Source of the DNA: Longimicrobiales bacterium
Lineage (GTDB): Bacteria; Gemmatimonadota; Gemmatimonadetes; Longimicrobiales; Gaopeijiaceae
Reading direction: 5' to 3'
NCBI GenBank assembly: GCA_965219445.1
Contig: CBDCNQ010000005.1
Span: 1,408,001-1,472,000 of the forward strand
Length of the DNA: 64,000 nt
Shown here: one piece after another, positions 50,308-60,285 of the stretch
Layout: the number at the start of each line of letters is the position of its first letter
How positions within the stretch are numbered: position 1 is the stretch's first letter
Notes under the pieces: generated by a model
Told to the model about the DNA's origin: nothing
Database searches by the model: none
The model's input: the letters and a program-made list of their open reading frames with translations, nothing else
Position numbers and translations under genes: made by a program

Positions 50308-51153
50308 ATGTCCGCAAAAAAAGCATCTGAATCATCGTCCGCCGACCTGGCAATTCTGGGCGGCGGGAACCTGGGCCAAGCCCTTGCACGTGGCTTGGTA
50401 CGTAGCGGGACGCTACGGCCTGAGCAGATTCACGTCACTTCTCTGCATCCGCCCGGCCTGGAGGGATTGGCCGAGGAGGGATTCTCGGTCGGGCGCGATA
50501 ATCTCGCTGCTATCCGGGGCGCGAGTACCGTTCTGTTGGCGGTTCAGCCGCAACAGATCGTGGATCTTCTCGACGAGATCCGGGGAGGTATCGATTCCGG
50601 ACGCCACAAGGTCATCTCGGTGGTGTCCGGCGTGACCGTCGCTCAGTTGCGGGAGATGATCCCGGCTCCGACTCAGGTCGCGCGGGCCATGCCGAATACG
50701 GCGGTCTCGATCGGAGAGTCCATGACCTGCCTCTCGGCCGATCCCGATTCGATGGCTGCCCTCGAAGAGGCGGAAATGTTATTCAAAGGCGTCGGAATCA
50801 CGCTCCGCATCGAGGACGAGATGATGGTCGGAGCCACGGCTTTGTGCGCATGCGGCGTAGCGTTCTTTCTCCGATCGGTTCGGGCGGCCTCGCAGGGCGG
50901 TATCGAGATCGGCTTCCACCCCGAGGACGCGCTCCTGCTCGCGGCACAGACGGCCAGGGGAGCAGCCTCACTTGCCCTTCGCGATAACCAACACCCGGAA
51001 TCGGAGATCGACCGGGTCACGACCCCCCGTGGCTGCACTATCGCGGGGCTGAACGAGATGGAGCATCAGGGCTTCAGCTCCGCGATGATCAAGGGCTTCG
51101 TGCTTTCGGCACGCAAGGCCGGTGCACTGTTCGATGAAGGGGACGCGGCGTGA
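50308..51153 (+). CDS. proC: Pyrroline-5-carboxylate reductase
   Basis: ILGGGNLG, LAVQPQ, RAMPNT, VTTPRGCTIAGL. Confidence 0.93.
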   Translation: MSAKKASESSSADLAILGGGNLGQALARGLVRSGTLRPEQIHVTSLHPPGLEGLAEEGFSVGRDNLAAIRGASTVLLAVQPQQIVDLLDEIRGGIDSGRHKVISVVSGVTVAQLREMIPAPTQVARAMPNTAVSIGESMTCLSADPDSMAALEEAEMLFKGVGITLRIEDEMMVGATALCACGVAFFLRSVRAASQGGIEIGFHPEDALLLAAQTARGAASLALRDNQHPESEIDRVTTPRGCTIAGLNEMEHQGFSSAMIKGFVLSARKAGALFDEGDAA

Positions 51154-52418
51154 CGGACACCCCGGGCACCGGCGCCGGCCGGGACTTCGGTGACCTCCGC
51201 AGAGTCGTGGTCAAGGTCGGGAGCGGCATCATCGCGCCCACAGGGCACCTCGATCCGCTCGTCATCGAGCGTATCGCCAAGGACGTCACAGAGCTCCGTG
51301 ACACAGGCCTCGAGGTCGTCCTGGTCGTGTCGGGTGCCGTCGCGGCGGGATACCTCGGGATGGGACGGGATCAGCCCCCGACATCGGTCGTCGAGCGGCA
51401 GGCCTCCGCGGCGGTGGGGCAGTATCAGCTCATGACAATGTTCGCACACGAGTTCGAGAAGTGTGACACCGTCGTCGCGCAGCTCCTCATGATGCAGGAG
51501 GACATCGAGGACCGGCGCCGGTTCCTGAGTGCCAGGCACACGCTACAGGAGCTCCTGTCGCGGAGCGTCCTTCCCATCATCAACGAGAACGACCCGCTCG
51601 CGGACGACGAGGCGAAAATCGGGGATAACGACCATCTCGCGGCGCTCGTGACCAGCCTCATCACGGCGGATCTGCTCGTGATTTTGAGCACGGTCGCCGG
51701 CGTGCTTCGGTTTGACGAAGACGTGGCCACGGGCGGTGAGGAGGGCACAGGAGGTAAGGAGGCCCGCCAGGACGGCGATGACCGAGCCCACACCGCCGAG
51801 GTGATCAGCACCATTGAAGTCGACTCCGAGATCGACATCCACATCACCGATGACCAGAGTGAGACCGGCGTAGGTGGGATGAGGGCCAAAGTCCGGGCGG
51901 CGAGGCTGGCGAGTGACTGGGGCGTTCCCACCGTCATCGCTTCGGGCAGGGAGCCCGGACTTCTCACGCGCGTCGTGAAGGGCGATGAGGTGGGATCGCA
52001 CTTCGTAACGGGCGCCAAACGCCTCACCGAGCGCAAGCGGTGGATCGCCATCCGGACGCGTTCCCGTGGTTTGATCGTCGTGGACGACGGCGCCAAACAT
52101 GCGCTCATCGAGCGTGGAGCCAGCCTACTGCCGGCCGGGATCCTCAAGGTCGAAGGGGACTTCGGGATCGGTGCGCGCATCGATCTGCTCGACGGGCACG
52201 GACAAGCGTTCGCGGTGGGTCTCGTGTCGTACCCGGCTTCGGAGATCGAGCGCATGAAGGGACGGCAGAGCGAGGAGTTCCAGGAGGTGCTCGGATACAA
52301 GTATGTGGAGGAGATCGTGCATCGAGAGGATCTGGTCTTGCTCGACGTGAAGAACGACAATGGAGAGAGCCTCGACGATAAGGAGAGCGCCTTCGACGAC
52401 GGGGAGGACCGGGGATGA
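51150..52418 (+). CDS. proB: Glutamate 5-kinase with PUA domain
   Basis: VVKVGS, VSGAVAAG, QASAAVGQ, INEND, GDND, GGMRAK, SLLPAGI. Confidence 0.95.
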   Translation: MTDTPGTGAGRDFGDLRRVVVKVGSGIIAPTGHLDPLVIERIAKDVTELRDTGLEVVLVVSGAVAAGYLGMGRDQPPTSVVERQASAAVGQYQLMTMFAHEFEKCDTVVAQLLMMQEDIEDRRRFLSARHTLQELLSRSVLPIINENDPLADDEAKIGDNDHLAALVTSLITADLLVILSTVAGVLRFDEDVATGGEEGTGGKEARQDGDDRAHTAEVISTIEVDSEIDIHITDDQSETGVGGMRAKVRAARLASDWGVPTVIASGREPGLLTRVVKGDEVGSHFVTGAKRLTERKRWIAIRTRSRGLIVVDDGAKHALIERGASLLPAGILKVEGDFGIGARIDLLDGHGQAFAVGLVSYPASEIERMKGRQSEEFQEVLGYKYVEEIVHREDLVLLDVKNDNGESLDDKESAFDDGEDRG

Positions 52419-53683
52419 GTGAGGCAATGAAAGAGGTGATGAGTGAGGTACGGAGGGCGGCCGAGGCCGCACGCGACGCCGCACAGCACGTGGCGACGCT
52501 CACGACCGAGCAGAAGAACGACTACCTCCGTGATCTGGCGGGAGCGCTCGTGGCCGCCGAGGAGGACATCCTCCGGGCCAACGCCGCGGACCTCGCACGC
52601 GCTGAAGAGGATGGCTTGTCGACACCCAAGCTCAAGAGGCTGGGCCTCACGGCCGAGAGCCTCACGCAAATGGCCGAAGGGCTGAGGCAGGTCGCGGTCC
52701 TCGACGATCCGGTCGCGCAGGTCACCCGGGACCAGACCCTCGACAACGGTCTTCGCGTAACTCGCGTGCGCTGTCCGCTTGGCGTCGTGATGATGATCTA
52801 CGAGTCACGCCCGAACGTCACGATCGACGCGTTCTCCCTCTGCTTCAAGTCGGGCAACGCCTGCATCCTCAAGGGCGGCAAGGAGGCGCAAGGCAGCAAC
52901 GAAGCGCTCGCCGAAGTGATCCACGCCACGCTTCGCGAGCACGGTCTGCCCGAGGAGGCACTCGTGCTCGTGGGCTCCGGCGGACGAGAGGCCGTCGCCG
53001 AGCTGCTCACCTTCGACGACTGTATCGATCTGGTCATCCCGCGCGGCGGCGAGCCGCTCATCCGATACGTGAGCGAAAATTCCTCCATTCCGACCGTGCA
53101 GCACTTCCACGGGGTCTGCCACGTGTACATCGACGCCGACGCGAATCTCGAGCAGGCGCTGGAGATTTCGGTCACCGGCAAGACGTCGGCGCCGGCCACC
53201 TGCAACGCGACCGAAGCCGTGCTGGTCCATGAGGACGTGGCGGCGACGTTCGTGCCCGATCTCGCCGCTGGCTACAGGGAGGCGGGCGTCGAGGTCCGTG
53301 GGGACGACGCCGTACGTGCCATCGAGGCGGATGTGACCGTCGCCGCCGCGGACGACTGGGGCCGGGAGTTCCTCGATATGATCGTGGCAGTGAAGGTGGT
53401 TCCCGACATGGACGCGGCCATCGATCACATCCGCCGCTTCGGCTCGGATCATACGGATACGATCGTCACCGAGAACGCGGAGACGGCCGCGGAGTTCACC
53501 AACCGGGTTCAGTCGTCGTGCACCCTGGTGAACGCGTCGACACGCTTCAACGACGGGTTCCAGCTCGGCATGGGCGCCGAGATCGGGATCAGCACGTCCC
53601 GCGTGCACGCGTACGGGCCGATGGGCCTGGAGGAGCTGACCTCGCAGCGGTTCGTGGTGGAGGGAGCGGGGCATGTGCGATGA
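52415..53683 (+). CDS. proA: Gamma-glutamyl phosphate reductase
   Basis: PLGVV..IYESRPNVT, KSGNA..LKGGKEA, IPRGG, CNATE, NASTRFNDG, GAEIGIST, GPMGL. Confidence 0.95.
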   Translation: MSEAMKEVMSEVRRAAEAARDAAQHVATLTTEQKNDYLRDLAGALVAAEEDILRANAADLARAEEDGLSTPKLKRLGLTAESLTQMAEGLRQVAVLDDPVAQVTRDQTLDNGLRVTRVRCPLGVVMMIYESRPNVTIDAFSLCFKSGNACILKGGKEAQGSNEALAEVIHATLREHGLPEEALVLVGSGGREAVAELLTFDDCIDLVIPRGGEPLIRYVSENSSIPTVQHFHGVCHVYIDADANLEQALEISVTGKTSAPATCNATEAVLVHEDVAATFVPDLAAGYREAGVEVRGDDAVRAIEADVTVAAADDWGREFLDMIVAVKVVPDMDAAIDHIRRFGSDHTDTIVTENAETAAEFTNRVQSSCTLVNASTRFNDGFQLGMGAEIGISTSRVHAYGPMGLEELTSQRFVVEGAGHVR

Positions 53684-53710
53684 GGGGGCTGGGCATGTGC
53701 GCTGAGGGGG
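53669..53710. repeat. Tandem 20-bp duplication of the proA 3' end
   Basis: GGGCATGTGCGATGAGGGGG (53669-53688) and GGGCATGTGCGCTGAGGGGG (53691-53710). Confidence 0.8.
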
Positions 53711-53729
53711 GTAGCGCACTGAGCTGAGC

Positions 53730-54446
53730 GTGGATATCCCGCCCTTCGAGCTTCGAGGCGTCGGCCAGGAAAGGGCCGGTCGTACGGTGCTTCAGGACAT
53801 CGACGTTACGATTCCTCGGCATCTGATTACGGTCCTGTGTGGGCCCTCCGGTGGAGGAAAAACGTCCCTTCTCAGGCTCCTCAACCGGCTCGACGATCCC
53901 GTCAAAGGAGACATCCTCCTCGACGGGCGTCCGATCGTCGAGTACGCGGTGCCCGAGCTTCGACGACGGGTGGCGCTCGTCTTCCAGACCCCGGTCATGT
54001 TTCCGGGTACGGTTTCGGACAACCTGGCGGTGGCTGCCGAACTCGGTGGCGTTCAGGACGGTCAGTTCGATCGACAAGCAAGCGAAGTCATGCTTCTCGC
54101 TGAGCTCGAGCCATCGCTGCTCACACGGCCCGGGGATGAGCTATCTGTGGGCCAGAAGCAGCGGGTGAACCTCGCACGGGCGCTGATGACCTCCCCGGAG
54201 GTGCTACTGCTGGACGAACCCACATCCGCCCTGGATCCCGAGACGTCGCGGGCGCTGATGAAGACGATTGGGAGTCTGTCCGAGGTTCGGCGACTGACCA
54301 TCATCGTGGCTACGCATCGAGTCTCCGAGGCCAGGGAATATGCCCATCACGCCGTGGACCTTCGGGATGGACGTGTGATCGACTCCGGCGATTCAGAGCG
54401 AGTTCTCAGCGGGTTTCCGGACCCTGATAGATCTGTGAGGCTATGA
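53730..54446 (+). CDS. fetA: ABC transporter ATPase, FetA/YbbL-like
   Basis: GPSGGGKT, LSVGQKQR, LLLDEPTSALD, H-loop; next to a FetB-type permease. Confidence 0.75.
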   Translation: MDIPPFELRGVGQERAGRTVLQDIDVTIPRHLITVLCGPSGGGKTSLLRLLNRLDDPVKGDILLDGRPIVEYAVPELRRRVALVFQTPVMFPGTVSDNLAVAAELGGVQDGQFDRQASEVMLLAELEPSLLTRPGDELSVGQKQRVNLARALMTSPEVLLLDEPTSALDPETSRALMKTIGSLSEVRRLTIIVATHRVSEAREYAHHAVDLRDGRVIDSGDSERVLSGFPDPDRSVRL

Positions 54447-54498
54447 CGATGGCACCGGATATGAGTCCATGATGACTTCGTTCGAGCGGAGCAGCTGA

Positions 54499-55305
54499 AT
54501 GCAAACGGTCGACATTCTCGAGCAGCCGCTCCTCGATCTCACCTGGATCGACCTGACGGTGGCTGTCGGATTGGTGCTGATGGCGATCGGGCTTTCCGGC
54601 TGGCATCGCACGGGTCTCGCCCGGAGTTTCGCGGTGGGTGCGATCCGTACGGTCCTTCAGCTCACACTCGTCGGATACCTGCTGGTCTACATCTTCGCGA
54701 TCGACCGGTGGTACCTGGTCGTTGCTGCCCTTCTCCTGATGCTGGCGGTGGCAAGCAAGGCCGCCGTCGACCGACAGGATTCGAAGCCAGCCGGGCTGTT
54801 CAACATTACCGGAGCCGCGCTTCTTCTCGGTTCAGGGCTGACGTTGATCTACGTCAGTGTCATGGTCGTGCACGTCGATCCCTGGTACAACCCGAGGTAT
54901 CTCATCCCTCTGTTCGGCATGATCCTGGGCAACGCCATGAACGCGGCTGCCCTGGCGGCCGATCGACTGGCGGGCGAGATGGAGACGCGGCACGCCGAAA
55001 TCGAGGCGTATCTAGCGCTGGGTGCGAACTCGGTGAGAGCGGCCCGAGAGCCGGTTCGAAGGGCCCTGAGGGCTTCGATGATCCCAACGGTGAACAGCCT
55101 GATGGTCGTGGGAATCGTTTCTCTCCCGGGAATGATGACCGGTCAGATCATTGCGGGTTCGGATCCGTTGCTCGCGATTCGGTATCAGATCGTGGTGATG
55201 TTCATGTTGGGGTCCGCGGTGGCCCTCGCTGCGGTCATCGTGGTGTTGGGCTATCGGAGAACCTTCTTTACCGCCTCCGAGCAGCTTCGGCCCAAGGATG
55301 CCTAG
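54499..55305 (+). CDS. fetB: UPF0014/FetB-type ABC permease
   Basis: R..LQL..VGY.L, PRYLIP..GMILGNAM, VGIVSLPGMMTGQI..G, A.RYQIVV. Confidence 0.85.
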   Translation: MQTVDILEQPLLDLTWIDLTVAVGLVLMAIGLSGWHRTGLARSFAVGAIRTVLQLTLVGYLLVYIFAIDRWYLVVAALLLMLAVASKAAVDRQDSKPAGLFNITGAALLLGSGLTLIYVSVMVVHVDPWYNPRYLIPLFGMILGNAMNAAALAADRLAGEMETRHAEIEAYLALGANSVRAAREPVRRALRASMIPTVNSLMVVGIVSLPGMMTGQIIAGSDPLLAIRYQIVVMFMLGSAVALAAVIVVLGYRRTFFTASEQLRPKDA

Positions 55306-55370
55306 GCGTCCCTGGCCGATCTGGTCCCACCCACATACGCCGTTCCGGCCCGGAAGGGAAAGGCCTGGGC

Positions 55371-56540
55371 TCAGGCTTCTAGCGCCTGCTCCACGTCCGC
55401 GATCACGTCTCGGACGTCTTCCAGGCCGACCGAAATTCGGATCAGTCCCGGCGTGATGCCCACCGCCTGACGCTCCTCTTCCGTGAGCTTGGCGTGCGTG
55501 GTCGACGAGGGATGGCTGACGATGGTGCGTGTGTCACCGAGATTGGCGGTGAGCGAACACAGTTTCACGGAATCCATGAAGCGCTTGCCCTGCTCGAGCC
55601 CGCCCTCGACCACGAACGAGAGGATGCCGCCGCCCAAAGACATCTGCCGCTTGGCGATCTCGTACTGGGGATGGGAAGGGAGGAAGGGATAACGCACTGA
55701 AGCGACGCCCGGCCGCCCCTCCAACCACTCTGCCACCGCCAAAGCATTTTCCGAATGCTTCTCCATCCGGACCTCGAGCGTCTCCACGCTCTTGGAGAGC
55801 ACCCACGCGTTGAACGGCGATAGGGAAGGTCCGGTGGCCCGCGAGAAGTCGTAGATCTCCTGTACCAGATCCTTTCCGCCCACCACCACGCCGCCCATCA
55901 CGCGGCCCTGCCCATCGAGGTACTTGGTGGCGGAGTGGATCGCGAGGTGCGCGCCGAACTCGAGAGGACGCTGCAGGATGGGTGTGGCGAAGCAGTTGTC
56001 CACGACAAGGAGGATGCCCTTTTCGGCCGCCAGTTTTCCCAGCCACTCGAGGTCCACCAGGTCCACGGCTGGATTCGTGGGTGTCTCCACGAAGATCATC
56101 CGGGTGTTCTCGAGAATCTCGCCGGGCCACGGATCGGGGTCAGCGGCATCGACGTACGTGTGCATGATCCCGAACCGGGGCAGAATCTTGGTGAGGATCG
56201 TGTGGGTCGATCCGAAGAGCGACCGGCACGCAAGGATGTGATCCCCGCTGGAGAGCAGCGCTCCGAAGGTCGCGAACACGGCAGCCATGCCGGTGGCCAA
56301 CGAGTGCCCCGCCTCGGCGCCCTCCATCCGCCGGATCTTCTCGGAGAGCTCCTCGACGTTCGGGTTGGTGAACCGAGCATAGATGTTCCGTTCGATCTCC
56401 CCCGCGAAGGCAGCCCGCATCTCCTCACTGTCCTCGAAGACGAAACTCGACGTCAGGAAAATCGGCACCGAGTGTTCGTGGTGCGATGATTCCTCGGCCT
56501 GTGCTCGCACGGCCCACGTTTGGGGTTTCCAGTCGTTCAT
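55371..56540 (-). CDS. metZ: O-succinylhomoserine sulfhydrylase-like trans-sulfuration enzyme
   Basis: EHSVPIFLTSSF, YARFTNP, ETPTNP, VDNCFATP, HSATKY, NLGDTRT, RISVGLE. Confidence 0.85.
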   Translation of the reverse strand: MNDWKPQTWAVRAQAEESSHHEHSVPIFLTSSFVFEDSEEMRAAFAGEIERNIYARFTNPNVEELSEKIRRMEGAEAGHSLATGMAAVFATFGALLSSGDHILACRSLFGSTHTILTKILPRFGIMHTYVDAADPDPWPGEILENTRMIFVETPTNPAVDLVDLEWLGKLAAEKGILLVVDNCFATPILQRPLEFGAHLAIHSATKYLDGQGRVMGGVVVGGKDLVQEIYDFSRATGPSLSPFNAWVLSKSVETLEVRMEKHSENALAVAEWLEGRPGVASVRYPFLPSHPQYEIAKRQMSLGGGILSFVVEGGLEQGKRFMDSVKLCSLTANLGDTRTIVSHPSSTTHAKLTEEERQAVGITPGLIRISVGLEDVRDVIADVEQALEA

Positions 56541-56549
56541 GTCTGAACT

Positions 56550-59500
56550 CTACTCCAAACGAATCATCAAGTCACCGGGCGCCACCTGGCTCCCCGGGTA
56601 TACAAGTACCTGGGCCACCGTCCCCTCTACTTCCGCGTAGAGAGTGGTCTCCATCTTCATGGCCTCCAAGCTCAATAGCTTGTCCCCCTGCGCAACGGTG
56701 TGGCCCACGCGGGCGGCTACGTCCACGACCATCCCGGGCATGCTCGCGCCGATCTGCTTCGGATCGTCCGCATCTGCCCGCACCGCGGCTTGCGTCTCCG
56801 GCTCGAGCGATCGGTCGATCACGTTGACGTCGCGCGGCTGTCCGTTCAGCTCGAAGAAGACGGTCCGTTTCCCGTCCGGTTGGGGCTCGCCGACGGTAAC
56901 GAAATTTACGATGAGCGTCTTTCCTCGTTCGATGTCGACGGCGACCTCCTCGCCCGGCTCCTGTCCGTAAAGGAAGACCGGCGTGGGAAGTGCCGAGGTG
57001 TCGGAGTAGCGTCTCTGATGGTCCGCGAATTCGCGGTACACCTTTGGATAGAGCAGATACGAAATGACGTCGCGCCGGGTGGGCTCCCGCCCGAGCATCT
57101 TCTCGACGATCTCGGTGGCGGCGGCGAAATCTACCGGCTCCAACGTCTCACCCGGGCGGTCACTCAGACCGGGCTCACCGCGTAGGACGCGCTTCGTCAC
57201 CTCTTCCGGAAAACCGCCCGGCGGCTGTCCCATGCCTCCCCCGATCAAGTCGATCACGGAAGCGGGAAACGCGAGCTCGCGATTCGGATCCAGGACGTCC
57301 TCCGGCGTGAGCTCGTTCGCAACCATGAACAGCGCCATGTCGCCCACGGCTTTGGACGTCGGCGTCACCTTCACGATGTCGCCGAAGATCTCGTTTACAT
57401 CCGAGTAAACCCGGCAGATTTCGGCCCAACGATCGGCCAGACCCAGGGCTCGGGCCTGTTGGAAAAGGTTCGTGTACTGGCCTCCGGGCATCTCGTGGTC
57501 ATACAGGTCCGCCGTGGCGGGCAGTACCTGGCCGTCGAACGGCGTGTAGAAGTCGCGTGTCGCCCTCCAGTAGTCCGCGATGCCGTCCAGGTCCTCCCTC
57601 GTCAATCCCGGATCGCGGGGAGTGAAGCGGAGCACCTCGGCCACCGTGTTGAGGTTCGGCTGCGACGTCGTGCCCGACATCGGTGCCATGGCCGCATCGG
57701 CGATGTCGAGTCCTACGTTCGCGCCCTCCAGGATCGCCGCGGCCTGCACCCCGGAGGTGTCGTGCGTGTGGAAGTGGATCGGAATGCCCACTTCCTCCTT
57801 GAGGGTGCGCACCAGCTTGGCCGCCGCGTACGGCTTGCAAAGTCCCGCCATGTCCTTGATCGCGAGGATGTGTGCGCCCATCCTCTCCAACTCCTTGGCC
57901 AGCTCCACATAATACTTCAGGTCGTACTTCGTGCGGCTCTCATCGAGGATGTCCCCCGTATAACAGATCGAAGCCTCACAGAGCGCGTCCGCCTTGAGCA
58001 CCGCCTCCATCGCCACCTGCATGTTGGACGCCCAGTTGAGGGCGTCGAACACGCGGAACAGATCGATTCCCGCAGCGGCCGCCTCCTCCACGAACGCCTG
58101 CACGAGGTTGTCCGGGTAGTTCTTGTACCCGACCGCGTTCGAAGCACGAAGCAGCATCTGAAAGAGGATGTTTGGAATGCGCTCTCTGAGGTCGGTCAGT
58201 CGCCGCCAGGGGGACTCCTTCAGGAATCGCATCGAAACGTCGAACGTGGCGCCGCCCCACATCTCGATGGAGAACAACTCGGAGCCCCTCCGGGCGTACG
58301 CATCGGCTACCCTGAGCAGGTCCTGCGTCCGGAAGCGGGTCGCGAGCAGCGACTGATGCGCGTCGCGGAACGTGGTGTCGGTCAGGAGCAGCCGTTCCTG
58401 GTCGGAGATCCACCCGCCGAACTCGATGGGCCCGAGCTCCCGGAGCTTTTGCCGTGTGCCGTCCGGAATCGGGCTCTGGTAATCGACCCTCGGAACCGGC
58501 GCTGGCTCCCGGCGCACGGCTCGCGGGCGATCCTTCACCAGGGAGTTTCCGTTGACGATCGTCTCTCCGAGATACGTCAGAAGCCGTGTCGCGCGGTCCT
58601 GTCTCTCGGGCAGCTTGAACAACTCGGGCGTATGATCGATGAAGCGCGTCGTGCATCCACCCTTCAGGAACTGCTCGTGGGTCACCAAGCGAATCAGGAA
58701 CAGGATGTTCGTCTTCACCCCCCGAACGCGGAACTCCTGGAGGCTCCGCTCCATGCGCCTGGCTGCGTCGATGAAGCGCGTCCCCCGTGTCGTCACCTTC
58801 ACGAGCAGCGAGTCATAGTACGGATTCACGACCGCACCACTGAACGCACTGCCTGCGTCGAGCCGCACCCCCATCCCTGCCGCAGAGCGATAGTGCGACA
58901 CACGCCCGTAGTCGGGCATGAAGTCGTTGGCCGGATCTTCCGTGGTCACGCGGCATTGCATGGCAAAGCCGTCGGTGCGCACAGCGATCTGGGACGGTAA
59001 GCCGATCTCCTCGTCGTCGAGCGCCAGCCCCTGAGCGACGAGGATCTGCGACTTGACCAGGTCCACGCCGGTCACCTCCTCGGTGACGGTGTGCTCCACC
59101 TGGATGCGGGGATTGACCTCGATGAAGTAGAAGCCGCCCTCGTCCTGATCGACGAGAAATTCCACCGTGCCCGCGTTCTGGTAACCCACCTCACGGCCGA
59201 TCGCCACCGCCGCTTCGTGCAGGCTCCGGCGCACCTTGTCGTCCAGCGCCAGGGCCGGCGCGATCTCCACTACCTTCTGGTGCCGCCTCTGCACGGAGCA
59301 GTCACGTTCGTACAGATGGACCAGGTTGCCACGCTCGTCGCCCATGAGTTGGACTTCGATGTGGCGCGCCCTCTGGACGAATCGCTCGATGAAGACGTCC
59401 GCGCTGCCGAAGGCCGAAAGCGACTCGCTGCGAGCGTCCTCGAAAGCGCCAGGGAAGTCTCTCGGATCGCCCACCACGCGCATTCCCCGCCCACCGCCGC

Positions 59501-59993
59501 CCTTGGCGGCCTTGAGAATGACGGGATACCCCACCTTCCCTGCCTGCCGCTCCCCGTCGATCACATCGGTGATCGCTTCCTCGCTGCCCGCCAGGACCGG
59601 CACACCCACCTTTTCGGCGATCTTGCGGGCGGCGGTCTTGTCGCCCAGGCGCTCGAGCACCTCGACCTGGGGGCCGATGAAGATGATCCCCTCACGCTCA
59701 CAAGCACGCGCGAAATCAGGGTTTTCGGACAGGAAACCATATCCGGGGTGGATGGCGTCCGCCTGATTTTCCCGAGCCAGACCGACGATCCACTCGATAT
59801 CGAGGTAGGCCCGGATCGGCTCTTCCTGGTCCCCGATCAGATATGCCTCGTCGGCCTTGAAGCGGTGTAGCGCGTATCGGTCCTTGTGCGAATAGATCGC
59901 CACTGTCCGAATGCCCAACTCGTGGGCCGAGCGGAAGACACGAATCGCAATCTCGCTACGATTGGCGACGAGAAGCTTCTTGATCTCTTTCAT
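56550..59993 (-). CDS. pyc: Pyruvate carboxylase (single polypeptide)
   Basis: ANRSEIAIR, HPGYGFLSEN, RDCSVQRRHQK, RDAHQSL, EMWGGATFD, IKDMAG, HFHTH, EAMKM biotin site; start ATG 59993. Confidence 0.96.
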   Translation of the reverse strand: MKEIKKLLVANRSEIAIRVFRSAHELGIRTVAIYSHKDRYALHRFKADEAYLIGDQEEPIRAYLDIEWIVGLARENQADAIHPGYGFLSENPDFARACEREGIIFIGPQVEVLERLGDKTAARKIAEKVGVPVLAGSEEAITDVIDGERQAGKVGYPVILKAAKGGGGRGMRVVGDPRDFPGAFEDARSESLSAFGSADVFIERFVQRARHIEVQLMGDERGNLVHLYERDCSVQRRHQKVVEIAPALALDDKVRRSLHEAAVAIGREVGYQNAGTVEFLVDQDEGGFYFIEVNPRIQVEHTVTEEVTGVDLVKSQILVAQGLALDDEEIGLPSQIAVRTDGFAMQCRVTTEDPANDFMPDYGRVSHYRSAAGMGVRLDAGSAFSGAVVNPYYDSLLVKVTTRGTRFIDAARRMERSLQEFRVRGVKTNILFLIRLVTHEQFLKGGCTTRFIDHTPELFKLPERQDRATRLLTYLGETIVNGNSLVKDRPRAVRREPAPVPRVDYQSPIPDGTRQKLRELGPIEFGGWISDQERLLLTDTTFRDAHQSLLATRFRTQDLLRVADAYARRGSELFSIEMWGGATFDVSMRFLKESPWRRLTDLRERIPNILFQMLLRASNAVGYKNYPDNLVQAFVEEAAAAGIDLFRVFDALNWASNMQVAMEAVLKADALCEASICYTGDILDESRTKYDLKYYVELAKELERMGAHILAIKDMAGLCKPYAAAKLVRTLKEEVGIPIHFHTHDTSGVQAAAILEGANVGLDIADAAMAPMSGTTSQPNLNTVAEVLRFTPRDPGLTREDLDGIADYWRATRDFYTPFDGQVLPATADLYDHEMPGGQYTNLFQQARALGLADRWAEICRVYSDVNEIFGDIVKVTPTSKAVGDMALFMVANELTPEDVLDPNRELAFPASVIDLIGGGMGQPPGGFPEEVTKRVLRGEPGLSDRPGETLEPVDFAAATEIVEKMLGREPTRRDVISYLLYPKVYREFADHQRRYSDTSALPTPVFLYGQEPGEEVAVDIERGKTLIVNFVTVGEPQPDGKRTVFFELNGQPRDVNVIDRSLEPETQAAVRADADDPKQIGASMPGMVVDVAARVGHTVAQGDKLLSLEAMKMETTLYAEVEGTVAQVLVYPGSQVAPGDLMIRLE

Positions 59994-60285
59994 GAGGTGA
60001 GGCAGTGGGAAAAACCGAGTGACCGTACCGAGGAGGCCGCCAGGCCGCACCGAGAAGGTGGACCATCTGGACAGGTCGAGGCAAGGTGGGGCCCCTCTCG
60101 GCGGCCCACCTCCGCTACCGTTGCTTTCGGCACCGATTGATAAATGCTTCCCGAGCTGCTCTTATGGTTAGACCTGTGTGTGGAATTACCGCGCGAGGGG
60201 CCGGGTAGCCCCACCGGGGTGCTCGGCCCGAAGAGGATCCGCAATCCGGGCGGTAATGGATTTACGCGAGAAAGGGGTGACTCAG

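Noticed and set aside
51715..51800. Acidic/Gly-rich insertion in ProB as an intein or extra domain
   Set aside because: About 20 aa, in a variable loop, with no splicing motifs
59994..60180. SAM riboswitch upstream of pyc-metZ
   Set aside because: A hairpin (GGTGGG...CCCACC) is present but the SAM-I core elements could not be found
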